A stretch of DNA of 64,000 nt from Planctomycetota bacterium. Lineage in GTDB: Bacteria > Planctomycetota > MHYJ01 > WSZJ01. Location: NCBI GenBank assembly GCA_038060895.1, contig JBBTCT010000007.1, positions 1-64,000 of the forward strand, in the 5' to 3' direction. Each line of letters starts with the position of its first letter. The stretch's first letter is position 1. Below are positions 36,557-46,131 of this stretch, piece after piece. A program made the translations under genes and the position numbers. Under the pieces are notes generated by a model. That model was given only the letters and a program-made list of their open reading frames with translations. It made no database searches and had not been told where the DNA came from.

Positions 36557-37393
36557 ATGAAAATCCGCCGCGGCGAAATCAACCTGTACGTCTCGGACAT
36601 CCCGCGCGCGGTCCGCTTCTACATGGAAGCGCTCGGCCTGCGGCGCATTCCGGACCCGATGATGGGCGAACCGGACGGCACCTGGGACAAGGTCGGCTCA
36701 GGGGATCTGACGCTCACGTTTTTCAGGACCGTGTCCACCGATCGCGCCGCGCCGCGGGGATCACGCCCGGGATTGTCCGCAGACATGATCGTGGATGACT
36801 TCGATGCGGCGCTGACCGGTCTGAGGGCGGCGGGAGCGAAGATCGAGCACGAGCGCCGCGCGGGGAAGGGCGGGTTCGCGATGTTCGAAGACCCGGACGG
36901 AAACGCGTGGGAGATCATGACGTGCGACCGACCAGCGGAAATCCGGCACCTCGTGCTGAACGCCTCCGATCTCAGGATGTCGCGCGAGTTCTACTCGAAG
37001 AAACTCGAACAGACACTTCTCGAAGACGCCCAGGCTTTCTTCGTCTTCCGCTCCGGCGGCATTCGTGTGTCGGTTTTCGGCGGGGGAAAGAAGCTGAATC
37101 TCAAGAAGGGACCGTCGCCGAACCTCAAGCTGATGCTCGAAGTGGAAGACCTCGACGCGGCCGTGAAGAAACTCAAGAGACGGAAGGTAAAGTTTCTCGG
37201 CGAGATCTCCGAAGCCCCGGGGTTCATGCGGTACATTTGCCTCGCGGATCCGGACAACAACCTGCTGTTTCTCGCGCAGTACTCTCGGGACCCGCTTTTG
37301 CCGTATCCTGAAAAGACGAATGAACGGGGCCCTTTGACTCGCTACGCTCGCCCAGGGCAGAGGGGGAAAACGGATGAAGCTTCATCGCGGTGA
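36557..37393 (+). CDS. Two-domain VOC (glyoxalase/bleomycin-resistance) protein
   Basis: 'LYVSDIPRAVRFY...FEDPDGN' and 'HLVLNASDL...FY...LADPDNN'. Confidence 0.88.
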   Translation: MKIRRGEINLYVSDIPRAVRFYMEALGLRRIPDPMMGEPDGTWDKVGSGDLTLTFFRTVSTDRAAPRGSRPGLSADMIVDDFDAALTGLRAAGAKIEHERRAGKGGFAMFEDPDGNAWEIMTCDRPAEIRHLVLNASDLRMSREFYSKKLEQTLLEDAQAFFVFRSGGIRVSVFGGGKKLNLKKGPSPNLKLMLEVEDLDAAVKKLKRRKVKFLGEISEAPGFMRYICLADPDNNLLFLAQYSRDPLLPYPEKTNERGPLTRYARPGQRGKTDEASSR

Positions 37394-37757
37394 AATCGGC
37401 CTGTTCGTGTCGGACGTGGGGCGCTCGACCGGGTTCTACATGGCCACGCTCGGATTCAAGCGAATCCCCGACCCTCACTTCGGCGAGTCGGACGGGTCCT
37501 GGGAGAAGCTGCAGTCCGGCGACCTGGTGATCACGATTTTCAAGGCGCAGTCGCCGGAACCTGCTCCGGCCCCTGCGTCGCGAAGCGGAATGACCGCGGA
37601 CATGGTCATCGACGACCTTGGGCCCGCCGTGATGAAATTGAAGGCGGCCGGCGCACGGGTCGGGGACGTGCGCGACTGGCCGGGCGGGAAAGTTGTTGAG
37701 TTCACGGATCTCGACGGGATCTGCTGGGCGTTGATTGAGTCCAGGGGAGGCAAGTAG
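37374..37757 (+). CDS. VOC family protein
   Basis: 'LFVSDVGRSTGFY...FTDLDG'; closely similar to the N-domain of the preceding gene. Confidence 0.88.
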   Translation: MKLHRGEIGLFVSDVGRSTGFYMATLGFKRIPDPHFGESDGSWEKLQSGDLVITIFKAQSPEPAPAPASRSGMTADMVIDDLGPAVMKLKAAGARVGDVRDWPGGKVVEFTDLDGICWALIESRGGK

Positions 37758-37809
37758 GGAGTGTTGAGTCGTGAGTAGTGAGTAGTTCGTAGGGGGTAGG
37801 GGGCAGGGA
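37754..37809. repeat. 7-nt-period tandem array (8 units)
   Basis: GTAGGGA GTGTTGA GTCGTGA GTAGTGA GTAGTTC GTAGGGG GTAGGGG GCAGGGA. Confidence 0.75.
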
Positions 37810-37827
37810 AGGCTTCGGAGGGCGCGC

Positions 37828-38175
37828 ATGAAATTTGGGTTGCGGCGGATCATCGTCTTTTCACGGGATGTGCCGGCCCTGGCAACGTGGTACTCGTCCG
37901 TGTTCGGGATGAAAGTGCGCGAGATGGATCCGTCGGGCGGATGGGCCGACCTGGATGGCGGCGGTTGCAGTCTGGGACTGCACGGCGGCGGATCCAGGCG
38001 GACTGGCGACTGCGGGCACAAGATCGTCTTTGGCGCGAAGGACGTTTCCAGGGCACGCGCCGTTCTGGTGAAGCGCGGGGCTAGGTTGGGGCCGGTGAAG
38101 AAGTTCGCGGGGCTTCACCTCTGCGACGGACACGACCCGGAGGGAAACGTTCTCCAGATTTCGAACCGGGTATGA
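37828..38175 (+). CDS. VOC family protein
   Basis: 'IIVFSRDV...WY..VFG...DPEGNVLQI'. Confidence 0.85.
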   Translation: MKFGLRRIIVFSRDVPALATWYSSVFGMKVREMDPSGGWADLDGGGCSLGLHGGGSRRTGDCGHKIVFGAKDVSRARAVLVKRGARLGPVKKFAGLHLCDGHDPEGNVLQISNRV

Positions 38176-39149
38176 AACTCGCCTCGCTGATCGCCCTGCT
38201 GACTTTCCTCTCGGCATCGGCCGAAGACAAGCTGCCCGAGGGATTCGGCCTCGCCGCGAAGTACCCCGGCGACCGCGGCATCGAGAAGGACCCCGCCGTC
38301 ATCCACACCGAGAATTTCGAGGACGGCGACAAGGCGGCGCTTCTCAAGAGATGGGACGAGCCCAACGACAAGGACGGGAAGCCGCTTCAGCTCGTCGATG
38401 GCGGTCCGGAGGGCGACGGCAAGAAGTGCCTCCAGGTGACCGCGACTCTGGGCCAGGACACGGGCGGGGCGCTCTGGAAGATGCTGCCGCGCACGGCCGA
38501 GAAGGCCTTCGCGCGGTTCTACGTGAAGTTCGCGAAAGACGCGGACTACATCCACCACTTCGTGTGGATGGGCGGGCTGAATCCGCCGACGCGCTGGCCG
38601 AATCCCCAGGCGGGGACGTGCCCGAAAGGAGACGACCGCTTTTCGGTCGGCATCGAGCCGTGGGGAGAACGCGGCAAAGCGCCGGCGCCGGGGAACTGGA
38701 ACTTCTACGTCTACTGGCACGAAATGAAGATCTCGGCGGACAAGAAGTACTGGGGAAACGGAATCCGGCCGGTCGAGCCCCTGGCGGTGCCGCGGGACAA
38801 GTGGCAGTGCGTGGAGTTCATGATCAAGCTGAACACGGTCGGCGAGCGCGACGGAGAACTGGCTCTCTGGCTCGATGGAAAACTGGTGATGGACGTGAAG
38901 AAGGGATCGCCGCGGGACAAGTGGAGCGGCATGGGATTCCACCTTCTCAAAGAAGGCGGCGAAGCCTTCGAGGGCCTCGACTGGCGGAAATCGAAGGACT
39001 TGAAGATCAGCAATTTCTGGCTCGAACACTACGTCACCGAGAGCGCCGCAAAGCAGAACGGCGTAGAAAAGCCGAATCCGGTGAATCGCGTCTGGTTCGA
39101 CGATGTCGTGGTGGCTGAGGACTACATCGGGCCGATCATGGCGAAGTAG
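38172..39149 (+). CDS. Secreted protein, possibly polysaccharide-lyase/ConA-like beta-jelly-roll fold
   Basis: Signal peptide; 'ENFE...FARFYVKF...KWQCVEFMIKLNT...DGELALWLDG...VWFDDVVV'. Confidence 0.65.
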   Translation: MKLASLIALLTFLSASAEDKLPEGFGLAAKYPGDRGIEKDPAVIHTENFEDGDKAALLKRWDEPNDKDGKPLQLVDGGPEGDGKKCLQVTATLGQDTGGALWKMLPRTAEKAFARFYVKFAKDADYIHHFVWMGGLNPPTRWPNPQAGTCPKGDDRFSVGIEPWGERGKAPAPGNWNFYVYWHEMKISADKKYWGNGIRPVEPLAVPRDKWQCVEFMIKLNTVGERDGELALWLDGKLVMDVKKGSPRDKWSGMGFHLLKEGGEAFEGLDWRKSKDLKISNFWLEHYVTESAAKQNGVEKPNPVNRVWFDDVVVAEDYIGPIMAK

Positions 39150-39193
39150 AGCTGCAGGTCCGACCCCTGAATCCAACCCAAATCACGGGACTC

Positions 39194-40186
39194 ATGAAAA
39201 CCACCTGCCTGCTCCTGCTTCTCAGCGGCGCTGCCATCGCAGGGCCGTTCGTCGTCGTGTCCGACACCACCTGGAAGTCGTCCGACACTCTTCCCGCCGA
39301 CTGGTCGTCCGCGGACTGCGACGACTCGAAATGGGGCGTCGCGAAGAACTACGGCATGAACGAGGAGAACTGGAAGCACTACACGGTCGACAACACGTTT
39401 GGATTCGCTTCCGATGCGAACTGGATCTGGACGAAGGCAGACGCGGGAGGCTGCGTCCGGAAGCGATTCAAGTCGCCGGAGAAGTTCAGGACCGCCGAGA
39501 TGATCTTCGTCGCCGATGACACAGCCGAAATCTGGATCAACGGGGAGAAGGTGGACTTCTATGACACGGTCCTAGGTTACTGGGGATTCCGGGGCTGTGC
39601 CGTCATCGTGGACGTGCTGCCCTGGATCGTGGACGGAGAGAATCTCGTAGCAGTGAAGCTGGGAGACACCGGCGGCGCTCGGGGATTCGCAAGCGAGATT
39701 CGCTTCGACGGCGAACCGCTCGCCGGACCGTTTGCGGCCGGCGCAAAGGACGCTGACTTCCAGGAAGCGCTCGGCAGGGACCTGTTCAAGTTCCACACGA
39801 TCGACGCGAAAGGCCTGAAGGAACTTTTCAACGCAGCGGGCGACCACCAGCAGGTCTCGGTTCGCTGGCTTGCCGCCGCAGCAGCCCTGGGAGCAAAGGA
39901 CGCCGAAGGCCTCCACAAGGCTCTGCGCGCCGCCGAAGACGGCAACGAACGCCTCTCCGAACGCGCGGTTCGCTTCATCGACGCCCTCGCACTCAAGTCC
40001 CACTCGGACACGCTCCTGGAAGTCCTGAAGGCCAGGCCGGCGACTCGAAGCGGCGCGTTCGCCGCCGCGGCCCTGGCCCGGCTGGGGAGCGTGGAAGCGC
40101 TTCCTGCCCTCGAAAAGGCATCGTCCTGCGGCTTCAAGCCGACCGAACGGGCCGCGAAGCGGGCGATCACGTCCCTCACGAAATAG
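39194..40186 (+). CDS. Secreted protein with galactose-binding-like jelly-roll domain and HEAT tail
   Basis: Signal peptide; 'ANWIW...ADDTAEIWING...GENLVAVKL'; helical C-terminus. Confidence 0.65.
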   Translation: MKTTCLLLLLSGAAIAGPFVVVSDTTWKSSDTLPADWSSADCDDSKWGVAKNYGMNEENWKHYTVDNTFGFASDANWIWTKADAGGCVRKRFKSPEKFRTAEMIFVADDTAEIWINGEKVDFYDTVLGYWGFRGCAVIVDVLPWIVDGENLVAVKLGDTGGARGFASEIRFDGEPLAGPFAAGAKDADFQEALGRDLFKFHTIDAKGLKELFNAAGDHQQVSVRWLAAAAALGAKDAEGLHKALRAAEDGNERLSERAVRFIDALALKSHSDTLLEVLKARPATRSGAFAAAALARLGSVEALPALEKASSCGFKPTERAAKRAITSLTK

Positions 40187-40318
40187 ACCGTGGGCTGTCG
40201 CGTCGCGCAGGGCGCCCGACGTGCGACAGGTCCTGGGCCTGGACCTCATACTCCACCCGGAACTCCGCACCAGCTGTCCCTACCCGCCCTCCCTCCGCTT
40301 AGCTACCATCGCGCCACG

Positions 40319-43300
40319 ATGCCCACCCTCGCCGGCCGCGACGCGGACCTCCTCTTCGGCCTCCTGGCCCTACGGCTCACGTTTGTGACCGAAGAGCAGC
40401 TCGTTGTCGCCATCAATGAACTGGTCCGCCACCCGACGCGCGACTTCCCTTCCCAGCTCCGCGAGAAAGCCGGGCTTGACGACGAGCGCATCCAGGCGGT
40501 GCATGCCGCGACGATCGCGCACCTGAAGGAGGGCGAAGCGGCCGAAGCTTTGAAGAAGATTGAGGCGCCGCGGAAGGTGATGGAGGCGTGGAAGGGATTC
40601 CTCGCGCACCCGTCGTCCGCCGACACGCTGCTCATGCCGGCGTCGAAGGGGAACACCAATCCCCCGACGGGGCAGCCGCTTCGGGGATCGATGGACGCGC
40701 CGATCGGCAACCGGTCGGTGGTGATGACGCAGCCGTCCGACAAGAAGTACATCCTGGGCGACGAACTGGGGCGCGGCGGGATCGGGCGCGTCGTCGAGGC
40801 GCTGGACACGGATATCGAGCGCAAGGTGGCGCTGAAGCTTGTGCTGGAAGACGCCCCCGCCGAAGCCCTCGAGCGCTTCCGCTGGGAAGGCCGCATCACG
40901 GGGCGGCTGGAGCATCCGAACATCGTGCCGGTGCACGAGGTCGGGGTGCTGCCGATTACGAAGGAAGTTTTCGTGGCGATGAAGCGGATTCACGGCAAGG
41001 ACATGCTGCAGGTTATCCGGGACGGGAACTGGAAGCAGCGGCGGCTGATCGAGGCGTTCCGGGACGTGTGCCAGGGGATGGCGTACGCGCATTCCAAGGG
41101 CGTGGTGCACCGCGACCTCAAGCCGGCGAACATCATGCTGGGCGAATTCGGCGAGGTGCTGATCGTGGACTGGGGGCTCGCGCGGCTTCTCAGCGAAAAG
41201 GAACATCGCGGGCCCGTGCGGCCGAAGCAGACGACGCGCAAGATCCGCAAACTCGGGCAGGCGGGGGAAGCGCGGTCGAGCAAGCTGACGATGGAGGGGC
41301 AGGTCCTGGGGACGCCGTCCTACATGCCGCCGGAGCAGGCGCTCGGGAAGCTCGACGAGGTGGACCAGCGCAGCGACGTCTACGCGCTCGGCGCGATCCT
41401 CTACGAAATTCTCGCGCTCACGCCGCCGTTCGAGGACGAGAACCCGTGGGAAGTGATCCGGATGGTGACTTCGAAAGAAGTCAAGCCCCCCTCCCTCTGG
41501 ATGGACTGTCCGCCGGAGCTCGAGGTGATCTGCCTGAAGTCGCTTTCGAAGGCGAAGGCGGACCGCTACCCGAGCGCGGCCGAGCTGGCGTCGGAAGTCG
41601 AGGCGTACCTGGAGGGGACGAAAGAGCGCGAGCGCCGCGAGAAGCTCGCGAACGAGCAGGTTGAGAAGGCGAAGGCCGAGATCGAGAAGTGGGCGAAGTC
41701 GGACGCGGAGTCGCGAAAGGTGCAGGACGAGGCGCGCACGCTGGCGGAAGAAGTGAAGGCGCACGCGCCTCTCGCGAAAAAGAAGGAGCTCTGGGAGCTG
41801 CAGGACCGCGCGCTCGCGCTCGAACGGCAGGGCCTCCGCGCGTTCGCGGAGGCCGATGGGGCGCTGACTTCGGCGCTCTCGAACGTGCCTCTCATGAAGG
41901 AAGCACGCGCCATGAAAGCCCAGATGTACTGGCAGCGCTTCCTCGAGGAAGAAGCCAACGGCGACGAGCGGTCGGCGCTTCTGCACCGCCAGGTCGTGGA
42001 GCGACACGACGACGGCCTGTTCGCCGCGCGGCTGCGTGGGGACGGGTCGCTTGCCGTGAAGACGCAGGCGTACGCGTGCCGGTGTCTCGAGGCGGGGCGG
42101 CGAGTGAAGCCGGACGACCTGATCGTGATGGGGTACCACCCGTGGAGCGGGCGGATGCCGTCGGTGAAGGGTACCGAAGGGATGCGCGAGCGGGAGACGG
42201 AATCTCCCCAGACGTTGAAGGTGCATTCGGCGGCCTGCCGGCAGGAGCCGGTGACGGGCGCGAAAGTCTGGGCGTATCGCTACGTCGAAATGGACCGCGC
42301 GCTGGTGCCGGTCACGGTGGGCGCCGGGAAGCCGAAAGTGCCGGAGACCGCCCTCAACGAGATGTTCGGGAATTCGCCGGGGCGTCCGCGCGGAAGCGGG
42401 CAGTTCCTTGGGACGACGCCGATCGAAAAGCGGGCCTGGCCGATGGGGTCGTGGCTGCTCGTGATCGTCGCCGAAGGACGGGCACCTCTGGCGCTTCCGG
42501 TAAGCGTGGGGCGGCAGGAGGAACTCTCGGTCAACGCGACGCTGTTCGACGAGGCAGAACGAGTGGCGGGATTCCTCCCGATTTCCGCGGGCCCGTTTCC
42601 CTTCCAGCTCGGCAAGACCGCCAGTCCGTCCGCGGGAGTTCGCGCGGGTGTCCGGGTGCTCGACGATTTCTTCCTCGCGCGCCTGCAGGTTACTTGCGGC
42701 GAGTACGTCGCGTTCCTGAATTCGATTCATCCGACGGAGGCGCTGAAGCGTGCGCCGCGGCCGGCGGACGGAGCGGCGCCCTACTGGCCGAAGACGCCGG
42801 AAGGTTGGGTGGTGCCTACGACGGAGTGGCTGTCGAAGCCGCGGCAGGGAGTGATCGCGGACGACTGCCGCCTGCGGCATGCGCAGGCGGACTGGGCGGA
42901 GGACTGGCCTGTGCTGTCGGTGACGTGGAACGACGCGATGGCGTACGCGTGGTGGGCCTCGCAGAAGTCGGGGCGTCTGCTCTGCCTGCCGCACGAGGAG
43001 CAATGGGAGAAGGCAGGGCGCGGCCCGGATGGACGGCCGTACCCGTGGGGGGCGAATTTCGACGCCGTGCGCTGCAACTGCGGCGAGACGTTTTCGGACG
43101 GGATGACGCCGACGCCGGTCGAGGAATTCGCGACGGACGACTCGCCGTATGCCATTCGCGGCATGGCGGGGAACGGGCGCGAGTGGTGCCTCAATGACCC
43201 CGGCGGACGGCGCTACCGTGACTGGCGCATCGCGCGAGGCGGGACATGGAACGCCGCGGGAGGAAATGTGTCGCTGCTGCGGCGATTCGGCTGGGTTGCC

Positions 43301-43366
43301 ACCTACCTTGAGCCCGGGCAGGGGTTCAGGTTGAGCGCCGTGGTCAGGTTGTCCGCCAGGAGTTGA
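40319..43366 (+). CDS. Ser/Thr kinase fused to an FGE-sulfatase (SUMF1) domain
   Basis: LGRGGIGRV, HRDLKPAN, DWG and GTPSYMPPEQ motifs; C-terminal 'LPHEEQWEKAGRG...YPWG...MAGNGREW...RGGTW...GFRL'. Confidence 0.92.
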   Translation: MPTLAGRDADLLFGLLALRLTFVTEEQLVVAINELVRHPTRDFPSQLREKAGLDDERIQAVHAATIAHLKEGEAAEALKKIEAPRKVMEAWKGFLAHPSSADTLLMPASKGNTNPPTGQPLRGSMDAPIGNRSVVMTQPSDKKYILGDELGRGGIGRVVEALDTDIERKVALKLVLEDAPAEALERFRWEGRITGRLEHPNIVPVHEVGVLPITKEVFVAMKRIHGKDMLQVIRDGNWKQRRLIEAFRDVCQGMAYAHSKGVVHRDLKPANIMLGEFGEVLIVDWGLARLLSEKEHRGPVRPKQTTRKIRKLGQAGEARSSKLTMEGQVLGTPSYMPPEQALGKLDEVDQRSDVYALGAILYEILALTPPFEDENPWEVIRMVTSKEVKPPSLWMDCPPELEVICLKSLSKAKADRYPSAAELASEVEAYLEGTKERERREKLANEQVEKAKAEIEKWAKSDAESRKVQDEARTLAEEVKAHAPLAKKKELWELQDRALALERQGLRAFAEADGALTSALSNVPLMKEARAMKAQMYWQRFLEEEANGDERSALLHRQVVERHDDGLFAARLRGDGSLAVKTQAYACRCLEAGRRVKPDDLIVMGYHPWSGRMPSVKGTEGMRERETESPQTLKVHSAACRQEPVTGAKVWAYRYVEMDRALVPVTVGAGKPKVPETALNEMFGNSPGRPRGSGQFLGTTPIEKRAWPMGSWLLVIVAEGRAPLALPVSVGRQEELSVNATLFDEAERVAGFLPISAGPFPFQLGKTASPSAGVRAGVRVLDDFFLARLQVTCGEYVAFLNSIHPTEALKRAPRPADGAAPYWPKTPEGWVVPTTEWLSKPRQGVIADDCRLRHAQADWAEDWPVLSVTWNDAMAYAWWASQKSGRLLCLPHEEQWEKAGRGPDGRPYPWGANFDAVRCNCGETFSDGMTPTPVEEFATDDSPYAIRGMAGNGREWCLNDPGGRRYRDWRIARGGTWNAAGGNVSLLRRFGWVATYLEPGQGFRLSAVVRLSARS

Positions 43367-43381
43367 CCGGCGAGCGGCGCT

Positions 43382-44509
43382 TCACTTTTTCTCCACGTCT
43401 CCCGTTCGAACATTGAACTGCTCGCCCTCGCCAAGCATTCGATCGAACACCCACCCGGCTTCCGTCCACTTGAACAACAGCCTCTTCCGAAGCCACTCTT
43501 CTTCCCCTTCCACCTGCCACTGCGCCTCGCAAAGCGCGGCAACACCTGCCTTTACCGACGGGGAAAAACCCATCAGGACGTGCACCGTCTTCCCCTCAAG
43601 GATTTTCTCGATCTCGATCGCCGCGAACACCTTTACTGCATCCGCCGAAGCGTCACCCGGCGCCGGCGCCTTCTCGGGATGCGCCTCGGGAATCTGATTG
43701 CCCGGCCAGACCTTCGAAACGCCCCACTGGCCGTTCTCCCGAACGAACCTGAACTTCAGCCACCCCTGCTTCACGCCGTCCAGCGACCATTCCACGTCCT
43801 CGCCCCCGGAGCCACCCTTCGGCCCCGTCGACATGTTCCCGCTCATCGACTTCGTCACTTCAGTTTTCTTGCCGGGGTTTTCCTTTTTCAGCCGCTCCTC
43901 CGCAAGCCACGCCAGCAACTCCAGCGAGTCCTCCGTTCTGTCGGGCTCGCCGTTTCGCAGAATAAAGCCCTTCACCGTCGCCACAAACGTCCCCAGCACG
44001 AAGTCCTTTGTCTCCCCCGGCATGCACAGCCAGATCTTCCCGGGCAGCTTCTTCCCCGTCTCCTTCCCGAACTCGAGCTTCATCGAGTACTCACCGAAAA
44101 CGCTCTCCTTCTTCGGCATGCCGCTTCCCGCAGGCCTGCCCCCCCAGTGGACGTGCGGATGCCCGAATTCCTTGTCCGCCTTCTCGTTCCACGCCCGGTT
44201 TTCGGGTACGGAGCCTCTTTCCTTGAGGAAGAGGAACACGGTGAATTCCTTGTCGGCGAAGAATTCTTTCCCCTGCTTGAGGTGCAGAATTCCGTTTTCG
44301 ATCTCCGCGACTTCAACGGCGAACGGCTCGCCGTGGATCTTTCCGGAAGCGGGGATGTCGGGAATCGCGACGCCGTCGAGGGAAGAGCGCCAGCCGGGGG
44401 CCGTGGCAGCGGCCGGCGCAGGACCCGGGGGCGGAGACGAAGGACTGCCTTTGCCGCAGCCGGCAATGCAGACGAGTGAAGCGACCAGCAGTTCGGCGGC
44501 GCGGCGCAT
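43382..44509 (-). CDS. Hypothetical lipoprotein
   Basis: Lipobox 'CIAGC' followed by a Pro-rich linker; normal codon usage. Confidence 0.72.
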   Translation of the reverse strand: MRRAAELLVASLVCIAGCGKGSPSSPPPGPAPAAATAPGWRSSLDGVAIPDIPASGKIHGEPFAVEVAEIENGILHLKQGKEFFADKEFTVFLFLKERGSVPENRAWNEKADKEFGHPHVHWGGRPAGSGMPKKESVFGEYSMKLEFGKETGKKLPGKIWLCMPGETKDFVLGTFVATVKGFILRNGEPDRTEDSLELLAWLAEERLKKENPGKKTEVTKSMSGNMSTGPKGGSGGEDVEWSLDGVKQGWLKFRFVRENGQWGVSKVWPGNQIPEAHPEKAPAPGDASADAVKVFAAIEIEKILEGKTVHVLMGFSPSVKAGVAALCEAQWQVEGEEEWLRKRLLFKWTEAGWVFDRMLGEGEQFNVRTGDVEKK

Positions 44510-44641
44510 CGTGGCTCCCAATCAAGGCGGGGTTGGAGGCGATTGTCACCGGGGACCGGCGACCATGGAAGCGTGCTCGACTCACGCGCGCGGCCGGCGC
44601 CTCGTATAGAATGACCCTCTCAACCTGCACCGGAGGCCGAC

Positions 44642-45739
44642 TTGATTCGCCTGCTCACCTGCCTGGCCCTCGCCCTGCCTCTGTTCGCGCAGGAAAAGCC
44701 CGAGCCGTTCGGCACCACCGACGACATCAACGGCGTCCGCGTCTTCCGGGTGGAAGGCACTCCCGCGGAGATGGGCCGCCAGGTCGGCCGGAACTTCCGC
44801 GACGAAATTGCGTACCTCTTCAAGGGGTACTTCGAGACCTATACCGACGACCCCGAGCTGCGCGACAAGTTCGTGGAGAACGCGAAGCGGCTGGAGAAGT
44901 ACCTGTCGGATGACGAGCGCGCGGAGCTCAAGGGGCTCGCCGCCGGCGCCGGGATGGAGTTCGGAAAGGTGCTGATCGTTCACACGTTTCTCGACGCCAT
45001 CCGCCTGGTGAACTGCTCGACGTTCGTGCTGCAGCCGCCGGCGACGAAGAACGAGACCGTCATCTTCGGACGCAACCTCGACTTCCCGGGGCGCGGCGTG
45101 GCGCACAAGCACACGATCGTGATGGTCGTCCGCCCCGAGGGAAAAAATGCATTCGCGTCGGTCACCTGGCCCGGAATGGCGGGCGTCCTCTCCGGCATGA
45201 ACCAGCACGGTCTCTGCGTCGCGGTGATGAACGTCTACAACAAGGACGATACGGCCGAGGGCGTTCCGTACGTCCTCCTGTTCCGCCGCGTCCTCGAGAA
45301 CTGCAGCACGTTCGACGAAGCGAAATCCCTGCTCGAAAAAACCGACCGCACCTGCGGCAACAACCTCATGGTCGTTGACGCCTCCGGCAAGTGCGGCGTC
45401 TTTGAACTAGACCACAAGCAGTGCGTCGTCCGCCCGCCCGCCGAGGGCGCCGTCATCGCCACCAACCACTGGCGCCTCGACCCGCCCAACGAATCCCAGA
45501 CCTGCCCGCGCTGGTTCCGCCTGAACCAGCTCGAGAAGGCGTGGCACGGAAAGATCGGCATGAACGAGGCGAAGAAGATGCTGCAGGCGGTGCCCCAGGG
45601 AGACATGACGCTTCAGTCGATGCTGTTCCTGCCGAAGGAAAAGGAGCTCTATTTGGCGGCCGGGGAGCTGCCCGCGACGAAGGGAAAGTTCCGGCGGGTG
45701 GAGGGGTTGTTCCGGGAAGTCGAGACCGGCGTGAAGTAA
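44642..45739 (+). CDS. Exported C45-family autoproteolytic Ntn-hydrolase/acyltransferase
   Basis: TTG start after a GGAGG SD; 'NCSTF...GRNLDF', 'SGMNQHGL', 'ATNH'. Confidence 0.85.
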   Translation: MIRLLTCLALALPLFAQEKPEPFGTTDDINGVRVFRVEGTPAEMGRQVGRNFRDEIAYLFKGYFETYTDDPELRDKFVENAKRLEKYLSDDERAELKGLAAGAGMEFGKVLIVHTFLDAIRLVNCSTFVLQPPATKNETVIFGRNLDFPGRGVAHKHTIVMVVRPEGKNAFASVTWPGMAGVLSGMNQHGLCVAVMNVYNKDDTAEGVPYVLLFRRVLENCSTFDEAKSLLEKTDRTCGNNLMVVDASGKCGVFELDHKQCVVRPPAEGAVIATNHWRLDPPNESQTCPRWFRLNQLEKAWHGKIGMNEAKKMLQAVPQGDMTLQSMLFLPKEKELYLAAGELPATKGKFRRVEGLFREVETGVK

Positions 45740-45744
45740 GCCTG

Positions 45745-46131
45745 TCAGGAAATCGAGAACCCGGACGGGAGAAGTTCCTTCATCGAGAACACCCGGTCCT
45801 CGCAAATGACGCGGAGCGAAGGCGAGAATTCCGCCATCACCTGGCGACACGCGCCGCACGGCCGGACGCGTTTGCCCTTCGGCCCGAGCGCGACCACGGC
45901 GATGGAAGCAAATTGCCGCATCCCCTGGGCCACTGCACTCGCGATGGCCGCCCGTTCGGCGCAGATCGTCAGGCCGAAGGATGCGTTCTCGACGTTGCAA
46001 CCGGTGACGATGGAGCCGTTCCTGCCAAGCAGGGCCGCGCCGACCTTGAATCTTGAATACGGCGCATAAGCGTTCTTCGCGGCGCGGCGCGCCGCTGTGA
46101 GGAGCTGTCGGTCGGTGGGGAGCTTTTTCAG
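45745..46131 (-). CDS. cdd: Cytidine deaminase, probable CTG start
   Basis: AYAPYSRFKVGAAL, NVENASFGLTICAE and PCGACRQ motifs; GAGGAGG 7 nt before a CTG that overlaps the add stop (CTGA). Confidence 0.92.
   Translation of the reverse strand: MKKLPTDRQLLTAARRAAKNAYAPYSRFKVGAALLGRNGSIVTGCNVENASFGLTICAERAAIASAVAQGMRQFASIAVVALGPKGKRVRPCGACRQVMAEFSPSLRVICEDRVFSMKELLPSGFSIS

Noticed and set aside
40370-43003. Long antisense ORFs (also 19098-21260, 27341-29596, 50488-53001, 21307-23112)
   Set aside because: Shadow frames of high-GC genes; Arg/Pro/Ala-rich or mirror-codon composition with no motifs.
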